Source of the DNA: Centroscyllium fabricii
Lineage: Eukaryota
DNA: 64,000 nt
Assembly (NCBI GenBank): GCA_051313645.2
Contig: JBNRSN020000031.1
Span: forward strand, 21,452,001-21,516,000
Reading direction: 5' to 3'
Below, piece after piece: positions 1 to 11,612 of the stretch (its first letter is position 1; each line of letters starts with the position of its first letter). Below the pieces are notes generated by a model, which saw only the letters and a program-made list of their open reading frames with translations, ran no database searches and was not told the DNA's origin. A program made the translations under genes and the position numbers.

Positions 1-109
1 GGTGCGAAATAGGGAGGCTGGATTGGGTGTGAGCGCCTGCATCTGACCTAAGAGGTCCGATGGGTCTGCGTCCCCGAGTTCGGGGAGGTCGAGGAGCTGG
101 CAGTCGCGC

Positions 110-403
110 TCAAACTGAGGGGGTAAATTTTTTAATAAGCGCGGCCTTAAGCGTTTCATACCTGCCTGCAGCGGGCACGCGCTGGATCTTTGACCACATC
201 CTATCGATGGTCGTCCGTGAGAGGGCTGTGAACACCAAGTCGTAGCGGTCGTCCCCTTGTATGCCATGTGAGCGGCAGCTGGCCTCTATGCAGACAAACC
301 AGGCCGCTGGCCGTTGCTCCCAGAACTCTGGTAAAGTAAGTCCGTGCCCGGCGTTCTGTCCAGCTCCTTGCATTCGTGGAGCTTGGTTTCTTGTGTTAAC
401 CAT
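110..403 (-). CDS. Gypsy-type LTR retrotransposon gag N-terminal region (short, probably truncated ORF)
   Basis: ORF MVNTRNQ...LTLPEFWEQRPAAWFVCIEASCRSHGI...YETLKAALIKKF resembles the LP.FW...P..WF...E gag N-terminal motif; it lies just downstream of a PBS and LTR on the minus strand. Confidence 0.75.
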   Translation of the reverse strand: MVNTRNQAPRMQGAGQNAGHGLTLPEFWEQRPAAWFVCIEASCRSHGIQGDDRYDLVFTALSRTTIDRMWSKIQRVPAAGRYETLKAALIKKFTPSV

Positions 404-478
404 GCTTTCTGTTAAAAGTCTTTGGCTGGTGGTCCCAGGTCCTGTGGCAGCTTTTTCTTCACTGGAAGTCGTTCCAGT

Positions 479-490
479 TCGGGGTCACCA
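479..490 (-). promoter_or_regulatory. Primer-binding site complementary to the tRNA-Trp 3' end
   Basis: Minus strand reads TGGTGACCCCGA one base after the LTR end TACA; vertebrate tRNA-Trp ends in ...TCGGGGTCACCA (recalled). Confidence 0.75.
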
Positions 491-491
491 C

Positions 492-734
492 TGTAGCGCC
501 AGCAGTCCCAAAAACCACACGTGAGCCAGAGCTAAAGAAAAACAGCTTTACTAACAAGTGAAAAACAAGAAAGAGGCAGAACCACTCAGGACAGGCTTAT
601 TTAAACGGTCCCGCGGTTGGTGACGTCATCGCGTCGGCCGACGTGATGACGTAGTCGCGTCACCCGGATGTGCGGAGCTTTGCTCCGCGGAGTCTCCGTG
701 GCGGATTCGATATCCCCGTGGGTGTACCGCCACG
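492..734 (-). mobile_element. 5' LTR of the Gypsy element
   Basis: Ends in TACA next to the PBS; imperfect inverted termini (TGTAGCG / CGCCACG on +); AGTAAA poly(A)-like signal (547-552 on minus), TATA-like segment near 598-605, CRE palindrome TGACGTCA at 621-628; CpG rich. Confidence 0.6.
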
Positions 735-824
735 AGACTAGTAAATGTTGGGATTCGGAGGTCCATGTGCACGAATTACAGAAAGTTAACATGTAGGTAC
801 AGCAAACAATTAGGAAGGCAAATA

Positions 825-1204
825 CAGGTCCAGCACCGTTAATCCGGACACCGTTAATCCGGATACTTTAGTCATCTGGCCGACTGGTCTGCTCATGCGC
901 AAAATGGCCACCGCGCTTGGCTGTGCATGTGCAAAATGGCCGCCGTGCTTGGCTGCGCATGCGCTAAACGGCCGCCGTGCTTGGCTGCGCATGCGCAAAA
1001 CGGCCGCTGCACTTGGTTGTGCATGCCTGGGCCCCTCCCCGAACGATTGATGCTTCGGCGAGCGCATGCGCAGGCCATTCAAAATGGCCACCGGCTTGCG
1101 CGGCCGGCCATTTTGAATGGTCTGCGCATGCGCTTACCAAAGCTTCAATCATTTGGATTTTTCACTACTCCGGCACCAGCCTGCTCCCGCCGGTGCCGGA
1201 CCTG
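825..1204. mobile_element. Non-autonomous Tc1/mariner-pogo-type MITE (CAGG...CCTG family)
   Basis: TA at 823-824 and 1205-1206; TIR CAGGTCC(A/G)GCACC; removing the element plus one TA restores the host CR1 frame AGG AAG GCA AAT AGT ATG TTA (RKANSML). Confidence 0.85.
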
Positions 1205-1743
1205 TAGTATGTTACCCTTTATTACAAGGGGGTTGGAGTACAAGAGTAAGGGTGTCTTGCTGCAATTATATAGGACTTTAGTAAGACCATACCTGGGATA
1301 CTATGTACAGTTTTGGTCGTCTTACCAAAGGAAGGATATACTTGCCTTTTAGAGGGGATGCAACAAAGGTTCGCCAGATTGATTCCTGAGATGAGAGGGC
1401 TGCCTTATGAGAAGAGATCGAGTAGAATGGGCCTATATTCTCTGGCGTTTAGGAGAATACGGGATGATCTCATTGAAACATATAAAATTCTTAAGGGCTT
1501 GACAGGGTAGATGTGGAGAGGTTGTTTCCCCTGCCTGGAGCCTCTGGAGCTAGGGGCCATAGTCTGGGGATAAGGGGTCGACCATTTAAGACTGAGATGA
1601 GGAGGGATTTCTTCACTGAGGGTTGTGAATCTTTGGAAATCTCTACCCCCGAGGGCTGTGGATGCTCAGTCGATGATTATATTCAAGACGGAGATAGATA
1701 GATTGTTGGGCACTCAGGGGATCAAGCGATATGGGGATAGAGA

Positions 1744-1910
1744 ACTCTAAAAAGAAACTCCGGTACCTGCACGCCTGATAATGTACTCTACTGTATGCAT
1801 TTTGCATGTAATTTATTTATTTTTATTTGCACTACTCTCTGGAGAGTGAGTCTTCGTCTCGTTGTATTGTACTAGTACTCTGCAATGACAATAAAACTTG
1901 AATTGAATTG
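1744..1910 (+). mobile_element. Short 3' tail of a different non-LTR element inserted in the CR1 3' end
   Basis: Interrupts the CR1 tail; ends in CAATAAAA followed by (TTGAA)n repeats. Confidence 0.5.
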
Positions 1911-3300
1911 AGTGGGAAAATTCAGTTAATGCAGAAGTTCAGCCATGATCTTATTGAATGGCAGAGCAAGCTTGATGGTCTGTACGGCCTACTCCTGCTC
2001 CTAGTTCTTATGTTCTTATGAGTCGTTCACTTGTAGTGCTTCACAAAACGGCATGCAGCTGCTTAAAATTTGTGCCTGTTAAGTGCAGTAAAAACATTGG
2101 CACCATGTAACAATTAGGCCTGAATTGTGTAACTTAAAACATTGTCAAAATATATTGTTCTCCTTGCTCTGGTAAAGTCAAGGTGTTACAGACTAATCTG
2201 CAGTAAGTAGATGAGTCATTGCGGAAGGGCTGACTAAACTAGCTGCTGTCTGTGTGCTCTTTGCATTTATAGCCTATTTCAGTCTCTCATTGTACTCAAC
2301 TGAAGCTACAATCCCATTTGTCTCTTCACCTTGCATAATTATAAACTTTACATTGCAGCAAAACATGTATTTTTTGCTTGACAAATGGACTTTTTAATAC
2401 GGTGGCAAATAAACATTGGATCATTTAATTATTCCCTCGTCTCTTAAAGTGCAGTTGATTTTGAGAGGTAAGGAATAGTTAATGCTCCTGTAACGATTAG
2501 AGTCCAGGAAGATTTCAGCCTTTGCAAGCCTACTTCTGATAATTGTGATTTGGAGGTGCCGGTGGAGGTGGAGGTGCAACTGATAATTGAAAGTACCTTT
2601 TCCGTGTTAACAAATTAGAATTATCCAATAATTTGAATTAAGCAGTGTCTAATTTAGGAAAATGGAAATTTACGACTGCAAAAAATGTAATTGTATTTTG
2701 AATTAAGAATAGACTATTATGTACCTGACTAAGCACTGGCTTTAAATGGTGGAGGGAAGGAAGCACCTCAGTCAAACTAAACTGCTGTAAGAAGTCACAC
2801 AACACCAGGTTATAGTCCAACAGTTTTATTTGAAATCACAAGCTATCTCGATCAAAGACGGGCACTTCACTACTCCCTCTACCTGGCACCTCCACATCAA
2901 AACTAAACTGCAGTGGTGTGCAGTGGTTTCACTTTGCACCAGTGTTATGTTTATAGTTCAAACTTGGCCTAAATTGGAATTCTGGAACTGACCGGACACT
3001 AGAGTGAGTGTGACTTCCTGCAGGAGGGTGCCTCACTCAGGAGTGAAGTTGTGCCTTTATTCTGGTTTGCATTACTCCAAGCGTAACAGCACTGCAATTT
3101 AGATCAGACTCCTATCTTCCGATATTCATAATTTGGAAAATTTACCAACAGCAAGACGAAAGCTTGTCAGCAGCTTTTAAGAACTGATTGTTTTAAAACC
3201 TGTTTGCTGAAAATCTGAATCAATTTCAGATTAGCAACAGATTTTATGGTTAAAATAACTTGTTTACGCTTGCCTGGCATCCACAGCCCTGAAGGTATTA

Positions 3301-4160
3301 ATTCAATTTCAATTCAATTAAAAAACTTTATTGGCATGACAGGATACATCCCTATGTTGCCAAAGTATAAAACATAACATACATAGTTAAAATGCATAGA
3401 TACAGATACAGGTGTACAATGTATGGGCAGATATGCCCCTGTACATGTGTATATATATATACACACACAATACATCTGTAACCTTTTATCGGTTGCTACA
3501 CGTTCTTGCAGTTACAAACAGTATAATAATTAGTGTTGATTAGTCTCTGTGTGTGTGCATGTTGGTCATTCACTGTCTCTCAGGTTGTGGCATGCTGTTA
3601 CGTATTGTGCACCAAGCTGTGCCCTATTTCCCTCGCCAAGGATTATTCTTAGTTTTGATATATCATCTAGTTCTTTGAATTCTGGGATTGCCAAGCTTAG
3701 TTTGTCAAAGTATGTTTTCCTTGTTTTGTCGAATTTTTTGCATTTTAGGAGGAAGTGCACCTCTGTTTCAACCTCATCTGTCAAACAGTGACCGCATATT
3801 CTATTTTCTCTTGGCTGCCAGGATTTCTTCGGTCTTCCTTTTTCGACTGCCAACTGGTGGTCACTTAGTCTGTACCTGGTGAGGGTCTGTCTCTGGTTTA
3901 TATTTCTGACAGTTGAGAGATAGTCTGCCAATTTATAATCTCTTTTTAGGGCACAGTAACATTCTAATCTGCTTTGGCTTTTGGTTACTTTATCCCAATG
4001 TTCCAAATAGGTTTCTTTGCATTGTTTGATGATTTGGTTCACTCTAATTGGTGTTTGGAAAGCAGCGTTGATCTGAGACTGGTCAAGGTTTGACTGAGTA
4101 GGGGTAGTTGGTCTCAATACCAACTGACACAGGGGACTCTTTTCTGGGTTCCGCTCTTGT
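3301..4160 (-). mobile_element. 5'-truncated non-LTR retrotransposon (RTE-X-like ORF2 C-terminus with CCHC finger)
   Basis: Uninterrupted ORF 3566-4123 with RLSDHQLAVEKGR...PRENRICGHC...VETEVHFLLKC, then a 3' UTR, AATAAA and a (TTGAA)n tail on the minus strand. Confidence 0.75.
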
Positions 4161-4296
4161 TTAATTGTTTACTCAGAATCTCTTACATTTTATATTTGCA
4201 TTTTCCTTCATTTAAGATACAGAGATAAATACCAAATATGTATTAAACTGTTGCTTGCATAATACCAGTGAGTGATCTTGATGCATTTCATTACAG

Positions 4297-4496
4297 CTGC
4301 AGTAGTTGTCACGCCAGACAAAGGCCCAAGGGCAGTTACTACCTCTGCACCAACTATAACTCATTCAGTGGAAGCCAGTAGCCCACCCACAGCTGAGACA
4401 ACAGGAGTGACTGAATCCAAAGCCACTAAAGAGGAAATAAAACCAGAGGCGCGTCTAGTTGACAAAAGAAGATCAGAACCAGTGCAGGACGTTGAG
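4297..4496 (+). CDS. EPB41: Protein 4.1R exon (equivalent to mammalian exon 13, U2 region)
   Basis: ttacag acceptor, GAG|gtac donor; phase 1 to phase 0; AAVVVTPDKGPRAVTTSAPTI resembles mammalian AAAVDSADRSPRPTSAPAI. Confidence 0.8.
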
Positions 4497-4611
4497 GTAC
4501 ATTCTTTGAGCTGAACTTTTTTGCTTGCTTTAACATATATTTTAAATGCATTTTCCAAAGGGTGTGGTGATCATTGTTTTAAGTGAGTAGATCTGTAGCT
4601 CATAACTCTTG

Positions 4612-5011
4612 ATAGAAACATAGAAACATAGAAGATAGGAGCAGGAGTAGGCCATTCGGCCCTTCGAGCCTGCTCCGCCATTCAATGAGATCATGGCTGA
4701 TCATCCAAACCCAGCACCCCGCCCCTGCCTTGTCCCCATATCCCTCGATCCCTATCGAGCCTGCACTGACACATATCCCACCCTATCCCCGTAACCCCAC
4801 ATATTTAATCCCCCTAACACTAAGGGTCAATTTATCCTGGCCAATCAACCTAACCCGCACATCTTTGGACTGTGGGAGGAATCCGGAGCACCCGGAGGAA
4901 ACCCACGCAGACACGGGGAGAATGTGCAAACTCCACACAGATAGTACCCGAGGCTGGATTTGAACCCGGGTCTCCAGAGCTGAGACAACAGTGCTAGCCA
5001 CTGTGCCGCCC
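4612..5011 (-). mobile_element. HE1-like tRNA-derived V-SINE
   Basis: tRNA-like head with A/B boxes, V-domain GTTTGCACATTCTCCCCGTGTCTGCGTGGGTTTCC, CR1-like tail. Confidence 0.9.
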
Positions 5012-5455
5012 ACTGATGTTCACTTTCAGTACGAGTCAGTTACTGTCTAATTTTAAAATGAACATTTTCTGATGTGATGACTATCATATAAAAGTGCAAG
5101 AAATTTATATCCCTCTTTGGGCCTAGCGAAGGAAGAGGGAAGTGAACGTATTTGGGAGTCAGATAATCCTCCCTCGGCTATCCAACCTGGCAGAGCAATT
5201 TCTCCAAAGACAGTTGGCCCAGTGCTGGCATTATTCCAGAGCAATTACATTGGGTGTTGTTATCAGCTGTTGTTCCATTCTACTCCTGCAGTACTGCGAC
5301 ATTTAAATAAATGCCAGCTTTCTCTTTTGGCTTCAATACAGGCTCTAGCTGCGGATTTAAAATCAAACAGCTCAGTAAGATGGAGGCTGTGAGATAAATT
5401 TAAAATAATTGCCAGAGGCAGAACTGTAAACGGGAGAGTTTTGTCATTTTAAATA

Positions 5456-6126
5456 CAGGTTGAGCACCGTCAATTCGGCACGGGCGGGACTAGGCCTGCG
5501 CCAGTATACCGAAAAAACCGGAAGAATGAAGCCGGCCAGTGCGCATGCCATTCAAAATGGCCACGCGCATGCACACAACATTGGAACTGGCCGCCGGAAG
5601 TTTTGATCACCTGCAGTGTAGCTGCAGCCGCCCAGAACCCGCCGTGCAAAGATCCCTAGGCTCGGCTCACCAGGCAGACAGGATGGGTCTCTTTCCCCCC
5701 CCCCCCCCACCCCGGCACACAACCATAAATTGAGGCCCAGGCTGTAGGCCCAGCACAGCACTAACAAGTTAGTAGAGCCTGGTCCCGGATAGCGCTGAGG
5801 GAGTGAGGCCGAAGCGAGCGGCAGATCCTTGCCGTTCGGCAGCGCACGAATGTGGAGGCAAAGGTCGGTCCAGCCTCCAGCGGCTGTTTTTGAATGATCT
5901 GCGCATGCGCTCGCCGTTCGGCGCATGCGCGGATCATTCAAAACGTCCGGCAGCTGTTTGAATGATCTACGCATGCGCTCGATGTTCGGCGGCGCATGCG
6001 CAGATCATTCGCTGAAACATCGATCACTGTAGCCATTTTGCGCATGCGCAGGACAGCCGGGGCAATTTTTGCCGGACGACTGAAGTTGCCAGCTTTTCGG
6101 TTACCGGATTAACGGTGCTCAACCTG
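5456..6126. mobile_element. MITE, CAGG...CCTG family
   Basis: TA on both flanks; 23-bp TIR CAGGTTGAGCACCGT(C/T)AAT(T/C)CGG; internal GCGCATGCGC repeats. Confidence 0.9.
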
Positions 6127-6519
6127 TATCATACAGCCAGAGGAGCAGAGCAACAACTGATGATGCACTGGACGATCTCCATTTAAAAAAAAAAAAAGTT
6201 CATGCTATTTGTGTTAATTTTTTTTGTTATCAATATTTAAACTTGAATCTGTGCCAAATTCTTACTGCAATGAGACTCCAGAAATACACGGGAAGAAGTG
6301 TGAGAACAGAAAACTTATTTTTGTATCTACAAATGAAGTTTATTGATATTTGCTGCAGTTGTGTACATCAAGATTTACAATAAATCCACAGTGGGGCTTG
6401 GATCGCAGAAGTAAACTCCTCTTTCACATTGAAGACTGACATTCAAATTGAATTTAAAAAATCTGGAACTGGAACACCAGTCTATTAACCCTTTAACAAG
6501 TGAATGCTGTAGAAGTATT

Positions 6520-7303
6520 GGGGGGGGGGGATTTTTGAAGGGCCGTGAAGGCGCATTTCCGGCGGGGCTTAAAATCGCGAAACCGGGGGGTCCGACCCCT
6601 CCCGCCGCTTTGCAGTTTTCGGCCGGTCGGCCCGAATCTTTCCCGCCCACTACCTGCGGGGTTGATCGTTGTGCTCATTAGGGGCCCTTAATTGCCATGG
6701 GCAATCCCATTTTAAGGGCCCCTCGCAATATTGAAGCCCTTCCCACCCGCACCCTGCCCTCCTGAAACCCCGCCGGTGAAACCTCGCGGGATCACAGTCG
6801 TCTTGGTCACTTTCACCTTCAAGGCATTGAAGCACCTGTAGCAGAATGCCTTCCAGGCCTTCAACACCCTGGAGGTGTAAGTGATTCCCTTGACTGAAGA
6901 GCAGTTGTGGAAAAAACCTTCCACAAACTTACCTGAATGGAAATGCTTCACAGAGAGACGGCCCCTAACTGAGAGAGCTTTCCAGCGAGTCCTTAGACCT
7001 GTCACTCAACCCACTTGGGCTTTGAGATTGGTTGCACTCCGTTGTGATACCACAATGGACTGTTTCCATAGAAACGAACAACACACAGTCCTTAGCTCTG
7101 TCAATCAAACCTCCGGCTGTCAGCTGCAGCGCCGCCGCTTTCTGACTGGAATCAGTCAATTGGCAGGGGCTCTGACACGTGGGCAATTAATTGGCCAATT
7201 AAACCAAAATTGCGTGGGGCTCCCAGGCCTTTGAACATTCGTGCCAGAAACCTGATCTGCCCAAAACCCACCAGTTTCCCACACCTTTGCAAAAATCCCC
7301 CCC
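6520..7303. mobile_element. Non-autonomous PIF/Harbinger-like element (GGG...CCC family)
   Basis: Termini GGGGGGGATTTTTG / CAAAAATCCCCCCC; flanks ATT/ATA; internal motifs shared with 25752-26575. Confidence 0.7.
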
Positions 7304-7440
7304 ATAATGTTTGGAAATGTAAAATGGCATTTCTCAGCCTGGTTTTGAAAAATCTTTTACAAATTACTATGTAAATTTTGTACACTTGAGATTTAATATT
7401 TGTGTTGAATTTCTCCTCATTTATTTCTGACATCAACCAG

Positions 7441-7500
7441 GTCATCACCAAGCAGACTGAAATCACACCACTTTCTGCCACAGCAAATGAAAAATCGCAG
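7441..7500 (+). CDS. EPB41: Protein 4.1R cassette exon (equivalent to exon 14), VITKQTEITPLSATANEKSQ
   Basis: ccag acceptor after a pyrimidine tract, CAG|gtttgt donor, 60 nt, phase 0/0; position and length match mammalian exon 14. Confidence 0.75.
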
Positions 7501-7618
7501 GTTTGTCTCCATGAGTTGGAATGAAAACAGTTCAAATGTATTAAGTTTAAAAAAAAACTTTGCAAGTCACATGGGTATGGATCACTAAACTGCATCTCTT
7601 TCCACAACGTTTGAACAG

Positions 7619-7660
7619 CAAAAGCCTGATGGAGAGGAAGAGGTTGTCCGAATGCGTAAG
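7619..7660 (+). CDS. EPB41: Protein 4.1R cassette exon (equivalent to exon 15), QKPDGEEEVVRMRK
   Basis: aacag acceptor, AAG|gttagc donor, 42 nt; ends in RMRK as mammalian exon 15 does. Confidence 0.85.
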
Positions 7661-7962
7661 GTTAGCATTTTCCAGTGTTTTTACAGATGGGTGTTTGGGA
7701 GTCTTTGTCCTTGTATACCCCCACATCATTTCCCTTGTTTAATCGCATTATGTTCCTTCATCAATGGTGAATTGCTCATTCTGCTTTTTCTTTTGGTGAT
7801 CAATTCTGGGAGTGTTCTTGTGGTTCCATGATCATCCTATGTGGATTCTGCTGCGCTAATGGAACTTTTTTTTTGAACACTTTTTATTTGCTACTTTGCA
7901 GTGCCACAAGAACAACATTTTAATTTCTGTGCTTTTCTTTTTTCCCTTCTTTCATTTCGCAG

Positions 7963-8025
7963 AAGAGATCAAAGAAAATTGAGGGTGAAAACATTTATGT
8001 CAGGCATAGCAATTTAATGTTGGAG
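7963..8025 (+). CDS. EPB41: Protein 4.1R exon 16 (spectrin-actin-binding cassette), KRSKKIEGENIYVRHSNLMLE
   Basis: 63 nt; strong polypyrimidine tract with gcag acceptor; GAG|gtttgt donor; GENIY.RHSNLMLE is the hallmark peptide. Confidence 0.97.
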
Positions 8026-8112
8026 GTTTGTATGAACTGAAAGCTTGTTACTCATCAAGTTGTCTTTAGTCCAGAGTTCTGCATTCATTCTTTGGCTGCA
8101 TTCACGCAATGT

Positions 8113-8199
8113 TGCATGTGCTGCATGTGACCAAAACGCAAGCATTATTGCGTTTTTGTTTTTAAAAGCGCTGTTTCTTTATAAGCGAGCATTGGCATG
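8113..8199 (+). promoter_or_regulatory. RBFOX-type intronic splicing enhancer downstream of exon 16
   Basis: TGCATG at 8113-8118 and 8122-8127, GCATG at 8195-8199; downstream UGCAUG elements are known activators of 4.1R exon 16. Confidence 0.8.
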
Positions 8200-8778
8200 T
8201 GTTTGGTTTTTTTTCTTTAAACTACTTGAAAGTATGGTTGGGAAGGTGGTTCCTGTAAGATGATCCATTATGAAAGTCCACGGTGAGGTCCATGAAGACA
8301 TTAGAGCTGTAAATTACTTTGGCCTTTGGATTTTTTTGTGACCAATATAAGGGCGTTCTACTGATGTTTGCACGCACAATTGTATTTCTGTGACTATAAA
8401 AAGCAAATAAAAACAAAATAAATACACTCTTCACAATATGGTGATTCTTGAACCACTGGCGCTTTATGGCTTAAAAAGACAGTGTTCCCTTTGGTTAATT
8501 TATTTAAACTCCTGAAGCACAATTTTACTTGATGCTTGCCCCCTTTGGGAACTTTATGGGTTAAAAACATTTTTTGTTAATCCTACATAAAATCCAATGG
8601 GTCAACAGAAGAATGAGTTGAATTTGACATGTCCATTTTATTGCGTAATTGTTGGTACAGGGTATTGTTTTCTTCTCCTACCCTGGAGAGTTGAGGCACT
8701 TTGAAGATTCAAATCAAATTCAAGAAATTGAAGACCGGTCTAAAGTTGTACGTAATATCGAACAACTCCCAGAATGCT

Positions 8779-9324
8779 ATAGCAAAATACTGCAGATGCT
8801 GGAAATCTGAAATGACAACAGAAAATGCTGGAAAAACTCAGCAGGTCAGGCAACATCTGTGGAGAGAGATATAGAGAGCCCCTCCCATTCTGCCAGTGCT
8901 TTTCACACCTAATCTACAGCTGTCTCCTGTCCACAGCCGCATCTGCATTGAATACCTCTTAACGTCTTTTCTCTTTGTTCTCTCTCCTCTTTTGTTTTCT
9001 GTTCCCTCCCAGCTCCCCCGGCCTTCCTACCTCTTTCATTTAGAAACATAGAAACTAGGAGCAGGAGTCGGCCATTCGGCCCTTCGAGCCTGCTCCGCCA
9101 TTCAATGAGATCATGGCTGAACATCCAAACCCAGCACCCTGCCCCTGCCCTCTCCCCATATCGCTCGATCCCCATCGAGCCTGCATCGACACATATCCCA
9201 CCCTATCCCTGGCTTTATTTCTGGCTTTAGTCTTGACAAAGGGTTCGAACCCAAAACGTCGGCTCTATATTTCTCTCCACGGATGTTGCCTGGCCTGCTG
9301 AGCTTTACCAGCATTTTTCTGTTA
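8779..9324. mobile_element. Penelope-like non-autonomous element with inverted ends and a nested HE1 SINE 3' fragment (about 9041-9210)
   Basis: 12-bp direct repeat TCCCAGAATGCT at 8767-8778 and 9325-9336; 8817-8880 is inverted relative to 9261-9323; decayed hammerhead-like core at 9233-9260. Confidence 0.65.
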
Positions 9325-9486
9325 TCCCAGAATGCTCTTGCCTGTTACATTCAGTCAGTGATAGCAAGACACTGGGATGCCTGTATGGCTGTGGTAGATG
9401 TGCAATGTCGCTGATCTGGTTTGCACTTCCAAGTAGATTTAAAGAAGAGGGATTTCAACTGAAGCAAAATCAAGACGCCAAGAGTT

Positions 9487-9904
9487 ACATAGAAACATAG
9501 AAACTAGGAGCAGGAGTAGGCCATTCGGCCCTTCGAGCCTGCTCTGCCATTCAATGAGATCATGGCTGATCATCCAAACCCAGTACCCCGCCCCTGCCCT
9601 CTCCCCATACCCTCTCCCCATATCCCTTGATACCTATCGAGCCTGCACCGACACATATCCCCCCCTATCCCCGTAACCCCACATATTCAATCCCCCTAAC
9701 ACTAAGGGTCAATTTATCCTGGCCAATCAACCTAACCCGCACATCTTTGGACTGTGGGAGGAAACCGGAGCACCCGGAGGAAACCCACGCAGACACGGGG
9801 AGAATGTGCAAACGCCACACAGATAGTCACCCGAGGCTGGATTTGAACCCGGGTCTCCAGTGCTGTGAGACAACAGTGCTAACCACTATGCCACCGTGCC
9901 GCCC
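9487..9904 (-). mobile_element. HE1-like V-SINE
   Basis: Full-length copy near-identical to other copies in the window. Confidence 0.9.
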
Positions 9905-10443
9905 AAAGTTGAACAAAGAAAAGTGAAAATGTGTTGTGTATGTTCTTTATAAGAGGTTCACAGTGAAGAACTAGGGTGAAAAGATCAAGAGAACTGAAAA
10001 AAATACATAGTTAAAGTGGGATGGAAATAAAGTGCGAGAAAATAGGACGGGGAATAGGCAGAAGAAAAGCCTCATTCAGACATCAAATTCGGCTCATCAG
10101 TTGTGTGTACTCTGAATTGGGGTAACTTCCCATCACCACTACCATACAATTTTCTCCCCCTTTTTACTTCTGTTCTCCTAAATGTGCTGACTCATGCTCA
10201 GTTATGTTTCCTTGGGCAGCCCTCCAGGAAATTGCCCGAGATTGCCGCTCTTTTAGTGTGAGGATGGCTACTCGGCTGTGGAAGTCATCACAGCTGAGCC
10301 CACTCCAATCCTCATCCAATGTTCACGTGGGCTCTTTCCAGGAGAGGCCATTAGGTAGTGGTGAGGAATTGAGGACCTTGGCATTGAGGCTAATTGCAAC
10401 TGTTACCGTGGCTGAGATCTGCTCAGTCAGGACAAACTTGGAA

Positions 10444-10981
10444 TTTGGTCTCCTTATCTAAGGAAGGACGTTCTTGCCATGGAGGGAGTGCAGAGAAGAT
10501 TCACCAAGCTGATACCTGGGATGGCAGGATTGACGTATGAGGAGAGACTGGGTAGACTGGGTTTGTACTCTCTGGAGTTTAGAAGATTGAGAGGGGATCT
10601 CATCGTAACGTATAAAATTCTAACTGGTCTGGACAAACTTGATGCAGGAAGAATGTTCCCGATGATCAGAGAGTCCAGAACCAGGGGTCATAGTCTAAGG
10701 ATAAGGGGTAACTCATTTAGGACAGAGATGAGGAGGAATTTCTTCATCCAGAGAGTGGTGAACCTGTGGAATTCTCTGCCACAGAGGGCGGTGGAGGCTA
10801 GTTCATTGAATGTATTCAAGAGGGAGCTGGATGTATTTCTTAAGGCTAGAGGGATCAAGGGATATGGGGAGAAGACAGGGTACTGAGTTTGGATGATCAG
10901 CCATGATCTCGTTGAATGGCGGAGCAGGCTCGAGGGGCCGAATGGCCTACTCCTCCTGCTCCTATCTTCTATGTTTCTATG
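10444..10981 (+). mobile_element. CR1/HER1 LINE 3' fragment
   Basis: ORF MEGVQRRFTKLIPGMAGLTYEERL...NFFIQRVVNLWNSLP plus 3' tail. Confidence 0.9.
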
Positions 10982-11119
10982 AACCTGGGGCCCTCTGTGT
11001 GGCACAGTACCACATCATACAGTGCTTTTTCCCACTAAATTATCAGGGGACCTGTGCTACCTTTTAAGCCTTGTTTTAAAGTGCTTACTGGTTGTACTGG
11101 TTTTTAACCTCTTGACCGT

Positions 11120-11513
11120 GGGCGGCACGGTGGCATAGTGGTTAGCATTGTTGTCTCACAGCACTGGAGACCCGGGTTCAAATCCAGCCTCGGGTACTAT
11201 CTGTGTGGAGTTTGCACATTCTCCCCGTGTCTGCGTGGGTTTCCTCCGGGTGCTCCGGTTTCCTCCCACAATCCAAAGATGTGCGGGTTAGGTTGATTGG
11301 CCATGATAAATTGACCCTTAGTGTTAGGGGGATTGAATATGTGGGGTTACGGGGATAGGGTGGGATGTGTGTCAGTGCAGGCTCGATAGGGATATGGGGA
11401 GAAGGCAGGGGCGGGGTACTGGGTTTGGATGATCGGCCATGATCTCATTGAATGGCGGAGCAGGCTCGAAGGGCCGAATGGCCTACTCCTGCTCCTATCT
11501 TCTATGTTTCTAT
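11120..11513 (+). mobile_element. HE1-like V-SINE
   Basis: Full-length copy with A/B boxes, V domain and tail. Confidence 0.9.
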
Positions 11514-11612
11514 ATGTTCACTTAAGGTAGACCAGCTTCTTTACTGCAGTCTAGTCTGATGAGGATCAGCTGATTCATCTTGGTTTATTGCATTGAAAAG
11601 TTAACCTAACGT

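Larger units (their letters stand above)
748..2020 (+). mobile_element. CR1/HER1-type LINE 3' fragment, interrupted by a MITE and by another LINE tail
   Basis: Frameshifted RT C-terminal peptides (LLQLYRTLVRPYLGYYVQFWS; DLIETYKILKG) and the 3' tail GGCCTACTCCTGCTCCT...TTCTTATG. Confidence 0.85.

Noticed and set aside
4685-4963. Recurrent ORFs such as MRSWLIIQTQ... and MISHDLIEWRSR...
   Set aside because: Incidental translations of the multicopy HE1 SINE and CR1 tail.
11120-11195. tRNA-like sequences with A and B boxes (many copies)
   Set aside because: They are SINE heads continuous with the V domain and LINE tail, not tRNA genes.
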